Notes: generated by a model from the sequence alone, not told the origin. Positions 16,574-26,079 are shown, numbered from the stretch's first letter. The stretch is 44,094 nucleotides of DNA from a virus (IMGVR_UViG_3300017707_001820:1-44094), one strand, 5' to 3'. Program-made: numbers and translations.

Positions 16574-16876
16574 TTACCGCGACTTCAACAGCCCAGGCAG
16601 AACATTCTTTTGAAACTCGAGCAGCTCAGAAATTGACGGCACGCTCGTCAGTAGCGATTTGCTCTCCTCCGGAGAATAAGCCATCAATCCGCCCCCTGAG
16701 TTCGCCAAGCAGTTTTGCACCAACCAGTAAGCCATCATGACCTGACCGAGTGCTGCCATCTCCTGCATAGCAATCTGCTGGCCCTCGGCGGTATTCGCTG
16801 CCTTCAGAATCATGACAGCATCGTAGTTCGCTGCTGCAGCATCCAGGATACTCTGTTCCAGTTCGCAGGCCATCAT
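16574..16876 (-). CDS. hypothetical protein
   Basis: 100 aa with AGGGG RBS; overlaps the 3' part of 16626-17195. Confidence 0.5.
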   Translation of the reverse strand: MMACELEQSILDAAAANYDAVMILKAANTAEGQQIAMQEMAALGQVMMAYWLVQNCLANSGGGLMAYSPEESKSLLTSVPSISELLEFQKNVLPGLLKSR

Positions 16877-17195
16877 TCGCCCCTATCGAAATCTTATTAC
16901 CACCAGCAGTTGTCAGCACAACATCTGAACCGCGATAAACATCCTCAGAGAACTTCTGATTGGCGATCGCCTTGATCTGCGCGTCTTTCTGCTTGATCTC
17001 ACGCATGCATTGTTCGTGAATGCTGAATCCAATGCTAGCCGAATACAGCGAAGTCACGACCATCAGAACTGACAGCATCTGACAGTGTCGCCCCATTCTG
17101 TGAAACTGCCGAGTCAGACCATCGTGGTAAATCAGCCTGGTGCTGGCAACGCCGATTCCAACCAACAGCCCCAGAAATCCCAGTTGAATTCCCAT
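16626..17195 (-). CDS. membrane protein (possible lysis accessory)
   Basis: Two hydrophobic segments then a short coiled coil; GGAG RBS; long 3' overlap lowers confidence. Confidence 0.4.
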   Translation of the reverse strand: MGIQLGFLGLLVGIGVASTRLIYHDGLTRQFHRMGRHCQMLSVLMVVTSLYSASIGFSIHEQCMREIKQKDAQIKAIANQKFSEDVYRGSDVVLTTAGGNKISIGANDGLRTGTEYPGCCSSELRCCHDSEGSEYRRGPADCYAGDGSTRSGHDGLLVGAKLLGELRGRIDGLFSGGEQIATDERAVNF

Positions 17196-17382
17196 TTAAC
17201 GCTCCAATCACATTTGCGATCGCCCAACCGAGGGCAATGATAATCGCAGTCATGCCAACTGCCCAAAATAGCTTAGACGCATTTCGCCCAGAAACTGAAA
17301 ATCCCATCCCTAACGGAAGCCGAAAATCAATTCTATCCACGTTGTCAGGCTTTTGCTGCTGCTCATCGCTCACCTTCGGCAT
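17035..17382 (-). CDS. membrane protein
   Basis: Single TM segment LFWAVGMTAIIIALGWAIANVIGAL; AAGGG RBS. Confidence 0.45.
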   Translation of the reverse strand: MPKVSDEQQQKPDNVDRIDFRLPLGMGFSVSGRNASKLFWAVGMTAIIIALGWAIANVIGALNGNSTGISGAVGWNRRCQHQADLPRWSDSAVSQNGATLSDAVSSDGRDFAVFG

Positions 17383-17430
17383 CCCTTATTACGGGAATCT
17401 TGTCGTCGGAACCCCTTAGTGGGACTCGTG

Positions 17431-18027
17431 TCAGTCTACAAACGGAGTCAACTTTCCGGAATGCACAGCATCATGAAGTGCCAAACTGACCCACAAATCC
17501 AGCCCGTACACCTGATCTCTTGTGAAAGTGTGCGTTCCGCCCGTCCCATCAATGAGATGATTCCAGACCTCGGCATTATCCTTCATGACCGTATTCAGTG
17601 GTGTTTCCGGTGTGTAATGGCTGCGAATCCACTTGTCCAGGTCTTCCTTTGACCGGCGAAGGCGAAGATTCGCCCGCACGTCCGTGTGCGAAACCGTGCC
17701 GGTCCAGACCTTGACTGGTTTTGGGTTTGGTGGAATCATCAGCCAGAACGTCGGGAACCGATCCACTGCTGGAAGCGGTCCTCCGACGATCCGGTACTCT
17801 GGATTCTTGTCGATGTCGACGAACGTCACCGAAACGCCGGCTTCCTCGATCTGCTTCTTCTTTCCGGACTTCTTCCATGCCTGACATGGTCCGCACCATT
17901 CTGCGGTGAACATGAGGAGGTAGGGAGCCGGAGTTGCTTTCGGCTTTTCAGCGTAGATGCCGGTGGCCGAAAAGATCTCCGGAGGCCCGGAAAGACAGCA
18001 CAGAAGCAGGAAGACGACGTTTTGCAT
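17431..18027 (-). CDS. Thioredoxin-like protein with an N-terminal hydrophobic/signal segment
   Basis: LMFTAEWCGPC, VDID, FPTF. Confidence 0.8.
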   Translation of the reverse strand: MQNVVFLLLCCLSGPPEIFSATGIYAEKPKATPAPYLLMFTAEWCGPCQAWKKSGKKKQIEEAGVSVTFVDIDKNPEYRIVGGPLPAVDRFPTFWLMIPPNPKPVKVWTGTVSHTDVRANLRLRRSKEDLDKWIRSHYTPETPLNTVMKDNAEVWNHLIDGTGGTHTFTRDQVYGLDLWVSLALHDAVHSGKLTPFVD

Positions 18028-18029
18028 GA

Positions 18030-18836
18030 CTATTCACCCTCGAGAGTGCTAGCGACTGCATAAAACCGATGCCGACCGAAAGTCTGCTCAAAAGAATCCC
18101 ACGTCAGCAGAACTCGTCCCTGATCGCCGTAAGTCACGTCCCACGAATTAGAGGTATCGTACACTTCCTGCCCACCAACGATCCTGATGTCGTCGCAGTG
18201 GATCGCATGGTTCCCGCCGCCGGAATCCTCCGAGGCAATTCCCTGGGCATTCAGTCGCTGGAAGTTGCGTCCGGCCTGAACCGCGACGATCACAGGGAAG
18301 CCAGCGGCCAGAGCCGTCCGGAATCCCTGCTTGGTCTGCACAGCGTAGCATTTCAGACCACGATGCTTCAGGGCTTCTGCCTTGGCGTTCGCAGGCTGCT
18401 GCTTGGGATAAATCATGTTCCATGGAACCAAGGCCTCTGGAGGGGCTCCGTGAGTGCCGATGACCTTCAGCCCGCTCTCCAGAGCCGAGCCGTTGTCCTG
18501 CCCACCGTTGATCAGCGAGTAGATGAACGCGCCAGAGAGTTTCAGTTTGTCCTGGATTCCTCGCAGGAAGCGGGCTTTCGACAGTGCTCCAGCCCCAGCG
18601 TAACCGTTACAGCTCCCATGACTTTTCTGGTTCTGAATCCACTCCTTCGTAAACACTGTCCTGCGCGGAGTGCGGTCGGAATTTGTCACGACTCGTTTGA
18701 TGTCGGAATCATCCCAGACGGGATGCTCCTGCTCAAACGTATTGAACGCCGAGACGAATCCCTCCGGAGGAGCCAGAGATCCGAGTCGGCGAACTTCACC
18801 AGTCTCATCAATGATTTCTTCGATTTCCTCAGACAC
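18030..18836 (-). CDS. Papain-like (C1 family) cysteine peptidase
   Basis: NQKSHGSC (oxyanion Q, catalytic C), GNHAI (His), SNSW...YGDQG. Confidence 0.85.
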   Translation of the reverse strand: MSEEIEEIIDETGEVRRLGSLAPPEGFVSAFNTFEQEHPVWDDSDIKRVVTNSDRTPRRTVFTKEWIQNQKSHGSCNGYAGAGALSKARFLRGIQDKLKLSGAFIYSLINGGQDNGSALESGLKVIGTHGAPPEALVPWNMIYPKQQPANAKAEALKHRGLKCYAVQTKQGFRTALAAGFPVIVAVQAGRNFQRLNAQGIASEDSGGGNHAIHCDDIRIVGGQEVYDTSNSWDVTYGDQGRVLLTWDSFEQTFGRHRFYAVASTLEGE

Positions 18837-19704
18837 CTTTCACCCCCAGTTCGGAAAGAATTCTTTTCAGCGAGTCGAAATCTTTCGGCAGCGGAATCAC
18901 TCGCAGGATCTTGTCTGTCTCCTTGTCGCGAATGATCATCGCCGGAAGTTCAGCAGACTTCGCATCCTCGACTGCTTGCTTACCTTTTGTTTCGCTGGTC
19001 GCAACGTCATAAAGACGCCAGTCGTTTCCGGCGTCCTTCAGAGAGTTCCAACTCGTCATCGCGTTCAGCAAAATCGCTGTGTCGGGCTTTCGGTTCTGTG
19101 CGTCTTCGACAATCGCGATAACCACATTCCCCGTCGGAACTGGCATTGGCTCCGGATCGGGTTCCGGTTTTGGCCCCGGTCCCGGCGGAGGAATCGGGCC
19201 TTGACCCATGACGACAATCTTGTGTCGCTGGGACTGCTCCTTGCTGATCGCTCCCTCGGGAATGATCAGCATTTCCATCTCACCGGACTTCAGCGCATTG
19301 ACGAAGTACAAGTGCTTGCTGGTGAATGTGCGGGTTTCAACCTTGCCCGTTCCATCAGCGAACTTTCCTTTGACCTTCATTGGTCGCGCGCCTTCGTCCG
19401 AATCAACTTCGACCAGTCCTTCCGGGAAGTCGAATATCATCAGCGGCCCAGGCGATTCAATCACAAGCCACGTCTCTTCATTCAGCTTCGAGACAAATTC
19501 CGGTCCTCGTTTTGGACGAGGAGGAGGAACCGGCAGGTCTTCTTCCGGAATGTCTTTCTCGTCGATGACTGGGATCGTCGGAAAGATGATCTGTGGACCT
19601 TCACTGATCTGATCTGGGGCGGGCTTCAGAACCGTTGGTTCGTCCTGAACTGCAGCAAGAAACACCCCAAAGCACGCAGTCAGGATTACGAATAACTCTT
19701 TCAT
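18829..19704 (-). CDS. exported protein with Pro-rich linker
   Basis: Signal-like MKELFVILTACFGVFLAAV; PPPGPGPKPEPDPEP linker; GGAGG RBS. Confidence 0.7.
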   Translation of the reverse strand: MKELFVILTACFGVFLAAVQDEPTVLKPAPDQISEGPQIIFPTIPVIDEKDIPEEDLPVPPPRPKRGPEFVSKLNEETWLVIESPGPLMIFDFPEGLVEVDSDEGARPMKVKGKFADGTGKVETRTFTSKHLYFVNALKSGEMEMLIIPEGAISKEQSQRHKIVVMGQGPIPPPGPGPKPEPDPEPMPVPTGNVVIAIVEDAQNRKPDTAILLNAMTSWNSLKDAGNDWRLYDVATSETKGKQAVEDAKSAELPAMIIRDKETDKILRVIPLPKDFDSLKRILSELGVKGV

Positions 19705-20060
19705 AATCCCTCCGGTGCTTCCGCGCAACAGGCTGCGACCGTCTCGTCATCTGCAGACAATGCCTGCTCAATAATCGCCCTGGCGATATCAAAGGATTCG
19801 ATCTTGCTGATGTTCGCGTCGGCCTCTGCCCGAACTCGCCGAGCTGTTCGCTTCAGCAATGCCTGCGGGTTCTTGTCCGCATACGCCTGCAACTTCTTCC
19901 GCGACTCTGCCGGATCCGGAGAGTCATTGCGATTCCAGCACGAAGCCAGCATCGGAAGAACCTGCGTGATGATGGTGAGGATCGTAAACGGATCCAGCCC
20001 GACTGCTGCTGCATCGACGCGATCAGCGGCCAGTTGGGCCTGCTTGTTCAAATTGTTCAT
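19701..20060 (-). CDS. hypothetical protein
   Basis: 119 aa, GLDPFTILTIITQVLP hydrophobic patch, AAAGG RBS. Confidence 0.65.
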   Translation of the reverse strand: MNNLNKQAQLAADRVDAAAVGLDPFTILTIITQVLPMLASCWNRNDSPDPAESRKKLQAYADKNPQALLKRTARRVRAEADANISKIESFDIARAIIEQALSADDETVAACCAEAPEGL

Positions 20061-20084
20061 GAGACGCCTTTCTGAACTGTGAAA

Positions 20085-20288
20085 CTACTTGGCCTTCGCC
20101 TGTTCGCTCGTAACGTCGTTGTCACGAGCAGAAAATCCCATCCACAACATCCCGATTGCTGCTGTGACCTGCGTCGCATCGAACAGAGTTTTCGGGTCTT
20201 CATCCAGCAGTGCATTCGCCTGATGGAACAAAATACTCAACGCCGCGACGATACCGGCGGTTGTTGTTTTCCAGCTTGCTTTTTTCAC
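20085..20288 (-). CDS. putative holin
   Basis: SWKTTTAG start motif, two TM segments, ARD plus charged C-terminus; GAGGAG RBS before GTG. Confidence 0.65.
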   Translation of the reverse strand: MKKASWKTTTAGIVAALSILFHQANALLDEDPKTLFDATQVTAAIGMLWMGFSARDNDVTSEQAKAK

Positions 20289-20313
20289 GACAGATCTCCT
20301 CAAAGTGTGGTTG

Positions 20314-20374
20314 CCACTGCCCGGGGGCGTCTCCATGGAAGTGCGAAGGAATCACACCATGGCCCGGGCAGTGG
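20314..20374. promoter_or_regulatory. Long intergenic stem-loop upstream of the holin
   Basis: CCACTGCCCGGG/CCCGGGCAGTGG 12-bp stem plus inner CCATGG/CCATGG stem. Confidence 0.5.
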
Positions 20375-20376
20375 AC

Positions 20377-20652
20377 TTAATCGGGACTGATGCTTGTCAC
20401 AGCGCAGGTGAACCCCAAGCTCGACGCCCACATCAGAATGCCTCCACCGGAGGCTATCGTAAACGGAATGGCGACCCACATGCTTATACAGACAGGACAC
20501 CCAATTCCGATTGTCACCCAGTGTTTTTCGCCGAAGCGAGCCTTCACTTTCTCCCGAATCGTCTTAAACAGACCCAGCGGACCATGCGTCAACGCCATGG
20601 AGAAAGCAAATCCAAATGTTGCCAGCCAGCAAACCAGACAGTCCATGATCAT
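20377..20652 (-). CDS. small membrane protein with CPxC motif (DUF1360-like)
   Basis: Hydrophobic; GPLGLF..IRE...GCPVCISMWVA. Confidence 0.65.
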   Translation of the reverse strand: MIMDCLVCWLATFGFAFSMALTHGPLGLFKTIREKVKARFGEKHWVTIGIGCPVCISMWVAIPFTIASGGGILMWASSLGFTCAVTSISPD

Positions 20653-21362
20653 TTCCTTCGACTACGAGCAGACCCTTTGGCGTACATCATCGACTTGCTT
20701 TTTGTTGGATGTAAAGTACACCCATTTGCAGTCGCCGTCAGGACTTGGGTTTGGCAATATCGCGCCACGATGTTCTGCTGCCAACCTTTCCAGCAAGCCA
20801 GTTTTATCTCAGGAGCATCCACTTCTGAAGTCGAAATCGGGTTAAAATTCATCTGATGGCGGCAGTAGATCCACTGCGGAGTCGTCGCAATGTCAAATCC
20901 TTCGTGCCGAACAACCGGCGAACTTGGGTTTCCGTACTGCGTGATCTCGATGAAATCCGCCTTATTCCTCCAGGGATGCAGGGCTCCGTTCAGGAAAATA
21001 TACCCGTGAGGCATGTGCATCTGCACGTTTCCGCGTTCCGGCACAAACCCCATCCGCATCTTCTGGACGAACTCTGGCCCGAGAAAGTCGTCGTCACCGA
21101 TTGTCGCCTCGACTCTCGCCGGCAATTCCATGCCTTCCTTCTCGTGCATCGGGATCACCCGATCCGTCACAGATCGGAAGGCTTTCTCTCGTCGCTTGAA
21201 GTACGGATCCATCGGCGACTGCTGCAGGAAGATAATCGCCCCTCGAGCAATCTGATTCTTCAGGCTCGGGATCAGGATGTTCTCGGTCAGCGAGAACCGA
21301 TACTTCGAACTGTCGGCTTCCGAATACTCAGATCGAATGTTCAGGTACACCGGGACCATCAA
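20649..21362 (-). CDS. putative glycosyltransferase (rhamnosyltransferase-like GT-A)
   Basis: LIPSLKNQ...ATIGDDDFL...GY pattern; located in the sugar-modification cluster. Confidence 0.6.
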   Translation of the reverse strand: MMVPVYLNIRSEYSEADSSKYRFSLTENILIPSLKNQIARGAIIFLQQSPMDPYFKRREKAFRSVTDRVIPMHEKEGMELPARVEATIGDDDFLGPEFVQKMRMGFVPERGNVQMHMPHGYIFLNGALHPWRNKADFIEITQYGNPSSPVVRHEGFDIATTPQWIYCRHQMNFNPISTSEVDAPEIKLACWKGWQQNIVARYCQTQVLTATANGCTLHPTKSKSMMYAKGSARSRRK

Positions 21363-22131
21363 ACTTCTCCCTTCGCGCCGGAATCATTTCCAGCACACTG
21401 CGACTTAAACTTCCAGCCCACGCTCGCGATTGGCGGTTTCCATTGGCAAGTCCATGCCCAAGGGAAGAATTGGGAACCCTCGGATTCGGAACGTAATGCT
21501 GCACGAGGCTCGGGGAATAATTCCAGATCGACAGACCCATTGAAACCAGAGTTCTGCCAATCCATGTGTCCACTGCCTTTCGCTCATACGGTGGTGTTAC
21601 GGGATTCCTCGCCTGCGCATGAGATCCCTTCCAGAGTCCGATTGATTCGTGATGGACGAGTTCCTGCAGGACATGTCGAGGAAAGACAAGTGCCAGCGCG
21701 CCGACCAGATTGTTGCTGCTTGACAGCGGTTCCCGCATGACGACTCGAGTTCTACCGAGCCCGAACGATGTCTGGGAATAGTGCGACATTGCAGGGCAGT
21801 ACAGCGAGACGCAACCACAGTCCCGGGAAGGCCAGAGATCCCGCTGCAGAAGTGCATGCACGTCCCGGCAGAACAAAGCATCATCCTCGGCGATCAGGAT
21901 TGCGTCGTGGTCCATCGTGAGCAGATCCCTGGCAGTCTGCAGCCAATTCTGGAAGTTCCCGAGAGATCCCGTCGGCGATCGCTCGAACTCACAGGGCGAC
22001 AGAAAATGCCTGCTGTCTGATTCAGTCGCGTGATGGATCAGGCTGAAGCCAGACTCGGCAATGGCAGTCGAACACTTATTCAGAGTGGGCTCCGGCCTTG
22101 GCGCGGACAGGATGCCTACGGAGATTCTCAC
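21328..22131 (-). CDS. glycosyltransferase (GT-A, GT25-like)
   Basis: ILIAEDDALF, GALALVF, D.WIG, PSLVQH; GTG start overlaps the upstream stop. Confidence 0.75.
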   Translation of the reverse strand: MRISVGILSAPRPEPTLNKCSTAIAESGFSLIHHATESDSRHFLSPCEFERSPTGSLGNFQNWLQTARDLLTMDHDAILIAEDDALFCRDVHALLQRDLWPSRDCGCVSLYCPAMSHYSQTSFGLGRTRVVMREPLSSSNNLVGALALVFPRHVLQELVHHESIGLWKGSHAQARNPVTPPYERKAVDTWIGRTLVSMGLSIWNYSPSLVQHYVPNPRVPNSSLGHGLANGNRQSRAWAGSLSRSVLEMIPARREKFDGPGVPEHSI

Positions 22132-22871
22132 GTCAGTTTCTCCGCCTTGTACTTGTCCTGCTTGTTCTCTCGCCGATTCTTCAGCAGCATCATCCGGTGT
22201 TCGTTGCGGATCATCGCTTTCTCTGGAGTCGTTCCATCGGCAAACGGAGTAACCCGTCCGCACCAGTTGATGAACGGTGGCCCGAGATGCAGCACCTCGA
22301 ACGGTGGCCGCACCTTGTTTGACTCTGACCACTTCTGGTGAAAGAACGAGTCAGCGCCGCCAGCCCACGTCCAGTCCGTCTCATGCCACGGAGTCTTCTG
22401 GAGGAATGGCTCGCTCGCATGGAACAACTGGAAGTATCCTGCGAACTCTTCGTTGTTCATCGCTCTCTTCGACTGTCGCCATAGTCGATGTTCCGGGATC
22501 TCCGTTGGGATCTGGTGGAGAATTCGGCGATGCGGCGTGTAGATCTTTCCGATCTTCGGCACCCAAGCAAGTTTGTTCTTCGGGATGACGATGTCAGCAT
22601 CAATGATGCACATCCAGTCGTGCCGACCGAAAACATCAAGCCCCTCTTCCATCGCTGCAAACTTATTGAACGCAGCGCCTCGAGCGTAAAAAGCATCGCT
22701 GAGATGGACATGGCAGTCATTCTCCTGCGCGAGGTGAATCGTGTTATGGTCCTTCACCGTCGTAACCACCATGAACTCGCTGAAGAACTCCCGATTGTAC
22801 GGGAGCGTCAGGGCGAGGATGTCGGCGTAGTCGACGCAGACGGTGACACCCCGGGGCTTGATGGCTGTCAT
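22128..22871 (-). CDS. glycosyltransferase (GT-A fold)
   Basis: VTVCVDYAD.L..TL, FNK, WMCIIDADI (DxD), GYFQLF, VLHLG. Confidence 0.8.
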   Translation of the reverse strand: MTAIKPRGVTVCVDYADILALTLPYNREFFSEFMVVTTVKDHNTIHLAQENDCHVHLSDAFYARGAAFNKFAAMEEGLDVFGRHDWMCIIDADIVIPKNKLAWVPKIGKIYTPHRRILHQIPTEIPEHRLWRQSKRAMNNEEFAGYFQLFHASEPFLQKTPWHETDWTWAGGADSFFHQKWSESNKVRPPFEVLHLGPPFINWCGRVTPFADGTTPEKAMIRNEHRMMLLKNRRENKQDKYKAEKLT

Positions 22872-23872
22872 AGGATTGATTCCAGCGTAAGATCTTTGAA
22901 GAAGTTCTTCCACGGATACAAGCAAATGCCCGTCACTTCGCGACCGTACAGCATTCTGCAATGCGGGATCTCAACCCTGTCCCATCGTCCAGCGTAAACG
23001 TCTTCGAGGCAATTCCATCTTTTGATCGCGCCCATGTTCCCTGTGACTTGGTCGTCGCCTGCCGATCTTGGTTTATTGCCAAGCGACTTGTCTTTTCCAC
23101 AGAGACGCTTGAGCCTCGCCCTTGAGTCTTCGTATCGTCGGAATGGTGCGTGAATAATCGGAAGAGAAAAGCACGACTCAGATGGAGCATGACTCACTCT
23201 TGAAACGGAGGGAATGTGGTTTCCTCGAGTCTGGGCAATGTCAAACAATCCGTTTGAGTATCGAATCGCAACATGTTTCCAGTGCAGATTCGGACAAAAT
23301 ACCCCCTTTCGTAAACATCCGTTTGGCATGCAGATTCCCGGATGCTCTCCAATTTTGTACGCATCCGGAGATTCTGGATACAGGTCAACTGCATGGGATC
23401 CAATTATTCGCACTTGCTGCGGAAGAGAACAGAGAGACTCCTTGACGGTCAAACCTCCAAATCCATGCAGAAACTCATCAGCATCAAGCGAAACAACCCA
23501 TAGATCGCCGGAAGACGACTCTACAGCGGTCTTGGCAATATCGTTCTCTTTAGCGATGCGAAGATCATCGTCGTAAAATGCCGTTTCGTAAACCTCTCCG
23601 ACCTGAGCGCCGCAGGCGACTGCCCGAGACACTGATTTGTCGTGAGAAGCATTGTCGAGTATCAGGACTCTGTCGAACCCCTGCTTAAAACAATTCTTGA
23701 CGTTCGCTTCGATGATGTCGCTATCGAACCACGTCGAGATAATCCCAACTAAAGAAGCCGGGGAGGATGTCAGTTCATGCTGAATGATTTTCGGGGTCTT
23801 AATGACCCACCCTAAAGGCGAGCCGCCATTAAGTTTTTTATGTCGATCTTTTCCGGGAACTGGAACTGCCAT
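22868..23872 (-). CDS. glycosyltransferase family 2-like
   Basis: ILDNASHDKS, WVVSLDADEFL, GNH. Confidence 0.8.
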   Translation of the reverse strand: MAVPVPGKDRHKKLNGGSPLGWVIKTPKIIQHELTSSPASLVGIISTWFDSDIIEANVKNCFKQGFDRVLILDNASHDKSVSRAVACGAQVGEVYETAFYDDDLRIAKENDIAKTAVESSSGDLWVVSLDADEFLHGFGGLTVKESLCSLPQQVRIIGSHAVDLYPESPDAYKIGEHPGICMPNGCLRKGVFCPNLHWKHVAIRYSNGLFDIAQTRGNHIPSVSRVSHAPSESCFSLPIIHAPFRRYEDSRARLKRLCGKDKSLGNKPRSAGDDQVTGNMGAIKRWNCLEDVYAGRWDRVEIPHCRMLYGREVTGICLYPWKNFFKDLTLESIL

Positions 23873-23874
23873 GA

Positions 23875-24846
23875 TTAACCCCCTGGGCTCGTACACCTTT
23901 TGCAAATAAAGTTCTCTTCTGACTCGATGTCTCCGCGAACCTTCATGACAAGTTCTCGATACTCAGAGGAGTGGAAGTAATCAAGCAGGCCGATGTCGTT
24001 TATGTTTGGCAGCTTAACTTCGTTGTGATAGTCCATGCAGCACAACCGCATCGATCCATCATGCATAAAGTGAACCCACTCGTCGATTCTTGAACAATGA
24101 AACTTCTCGTGTCCCGGTCCAATGTCGCGGACCTTACCCTTGTTCAATTCACAGGCTCCACGGTCTTCGCGAAACAGGGTTCCGGCACGATCATGAAACT
24201 CAAACGAATCGACAGACACATTCTTTCTGTTGATCGAGTGCTTGTTGAACATTTCCTCCCAGTAGTCAACGTATTGCTGGTGAGTAAAATAGATCTTATC
24301 GACAGCCTTTGATCGCCCAGCGCCACGGATACGGATCTTGAATCTTCCGTCCGACATCTTCAGCAGCCGAATCAGATTCTCTGTCGACTTCTGATAGTCG
24401 ATCTGCATGATGTGGTGCAGCGTCTCTTCGTTGATTCCGTGATGGCTGACCCAGATCTCGTGCTTCCTGCCCTTGAAGTTTGTAAACAACTTTTCAGCAG
24501 TCGCCTCAGTCAATGCCGCGCCGTTCGTCGAGACCTCAACGGCGATATTCGGAAAGCATCGGTAGATGTCCTCAATCTTCGCGAAGATCGATTTATCGAT
24601 CAGTGGCTCCTGCATCAGGTATGGACAGAACTTTATCAGCGAGTCTGTCCATGGTCTGAGGTTTGCGAGGATGCGATGCCATGTGTCATCCTTCATCATG
24701 CCAGGATGTTTGAAGTGTTCCGACTCCGAGTACGGACAGAACACGCAGTCAGCGTTGCAGCGACTATGGGTTGCAACCTGAACATACCGGATCTTTGGTA
24801 GCCAACCGAATTTTGGAACTGTCAACTGCGGAAGAAGACGACTCAT
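23875..24846 (-). CDS. radical SAM protein with SPASM/twitch domain
   Basis: CNADCVFC (CxxxCxxC), EPL.D, STNG, C...DGSMRLCCMDY...CKRC. Confidence 0.92.
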   Translation of the reverse strand: MSRLLPQLTVPKFGWLPKIRYVQVATHSRCNADCVFCPYSESEHFKHPGMMKDDTWHRILANLRPWTDSLIKFCPYLMQEPLIDKSIFAKIEDIYRCFPNIAVEVSTNGAALTEATAEKLFTNFKGRKHEIWVSHHGINEETLHHIMQIDYQKSTENLIRLLKMSDGRFKIRIRGAGRSKAVDKIYFTHQQYVDYWEEMFNKHSINRKNVSVDSFEFHDRAGTLFREDRGACELNKGKVRDIGPGHEKFHCSRIDEWVHFMHDGSMRLCCMDYHNEVKLPNINDIGLLDYFHSSEYRELVMKVRGDIESEENFICKRCTSPGG

Positions 24847-25343
24847 TTTATTCTCCATGCAATGACATCATCCCAGATGCCACTTGTCGGCCTGAAGTCT
24901 TCTATTGTCCATCCGTAAAACCGGAATCGATTTACGACATCATCATCTGGAAGATCTTCAATAACATAGATGCCACCGTCTGCCATAAACGGATAGAGAT
25001 AATGCCACCCCAAGACCTGATCCCATTCTCTGTGCGATCCGTCATCGACAATCAGATCCGGAACCTTTTCGAATGTCTCCAGATGCCTCATCAAAGGGAA
25101 GTAGTCTGGAGTAAATGCCTGAATGACGTTCAGGCCGCTGACCTTCTGCTTGTCAACCCCTATCACATGCATCTCATGGTCGATGCTTTTCCATGCTCTC
25201 ATGCTTGCGCCGGACTCTACTCCTATTTCCACCAGACATTTGAACCGTCTTGAAGCGAAAAGCTGGTCATAGAATGCGCCGTAACTGTGAACAGAACATT
25301 TGTCAGATCCGAACCTGTTAAGTTCTTCTGATGGCGATCCCAT
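24843..25343 (-). CDS. class I SAM-dependent (sugar O-)methyltransferase
   Basis: SDK..HSY..FY, VEIGVESGAS..AW, IVDDGSH, GGIYVIED. Confidence 0.85.
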   Translation of the reverse strand: MGSPSEELNRFGSDKCSVHSYGAFYDQLFASRRFKCLVEIGVESGASMRAWKSIDHEMHVIGVDKQKVSGLNVIQAFTPDYFPLMRHLETFEKVPDLIVDDGSHREWDQVLGWHYLYPFMADGGIYVIEDLPDDDVVNRFRFYGWTIEDFRPTSGIWDDVIAWRIK

Positions 25344-25344
25344 C

Positions 25345-26079
25345 TCATTCCTCCGTAAACTGACCTCGCAGCCAATCTCGCATGGTCGGCCTCCACACGT
25401 TGCTCTGGTAATTCAGAACATTGGCATCAATCTCATTCAACTGGCGAATCATCAAAGGTCTCAGCAATCTCTTGAGAAACTGCGGATACTGAACACCTTG
25501 CCAATTGCCTGCGTAAGGTATCGGCGTGCGATCCAATTGCCAATGGTTTTCGTACAGTATTTCGAACAGGTACAAGTTATTCGGAAACCCGTATTCCTCG
25601 AACATCTGCCGCAGCTTCTCCTTCTCGAACACATGCGGAAGATGAGTGCCGGCCTGAAAGTTTCCTCGGCCATTCGCTGCTAGCGCGCCGAACGTCATCT
25701 TAATCAGCCGATGCCATTCTCGCTTTGAATTCGTCCGATACCATGGGTCGTAACGGAAGACCTTGAGATCCTCCAGAGACGTGGGCTTCAGGAAGAACTG
25801 GTCGTCCATCATCCAGACGAATTCTTCGTCAATCTCCGGATGAGACGCCGCATGCATGATCTTTGCCTGCGTGTCGCGGAATGCCATTCGCCCTGGGAGT
25901 TCCCGCATTTTCGTCAGGCGGGTTGCCGGGATGTAGTGCCCGTCGTACCACGATGGCTTTTCGCCGATCACAGTGAATTCCGGATTCCCGGCAAAGTTCT
26001 TGCGAACCGACGCCATCGACAGACGGAGTTCTTCACCGTTGTCAGGACCAACAATATTCAGGTAGACGAACTGCGTCAT
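25345..26079 (-). CDS. Stealth-like sugar-phosphate transferase / glycosyltransferase
   Basis: DNGEELRLSMASVRKN, VIGEKPSW, FVWMMDDQFFLKP, THLP resemble Stealth conserved region 2. Confidence 0.6.
   Translation of the reverse strand: MTQFVYLNIVGPDNGEELRLSMASVRKNFAGNPEFTVIGEKPSWYDGHYIPATRLTKMRELPGRMAFRDTQAKIMHAASHPEIDEEFVWMMDDQFFLKPTSLEDLKVFRYDPWYRTNSKREWHRLIKMTFGALAANGRGNFQAGTHLPHVFEKEKLRQMFEEYGFPNNLYLFEILYENHWQLDRTPIPYAGNWQGVQYPQFLKRLLRPLMIRQLNEIDANVLNYQSNVWRPTMRDWLRGQFTEE

Noticed and set aside
16574-17382. Rz/Rz1 spanin pair from the overlapping membrane ORFs
   Set aside because: The overlaps are suggestive, but I could not find a convincing lipobox or Pro-rich o-spanin.
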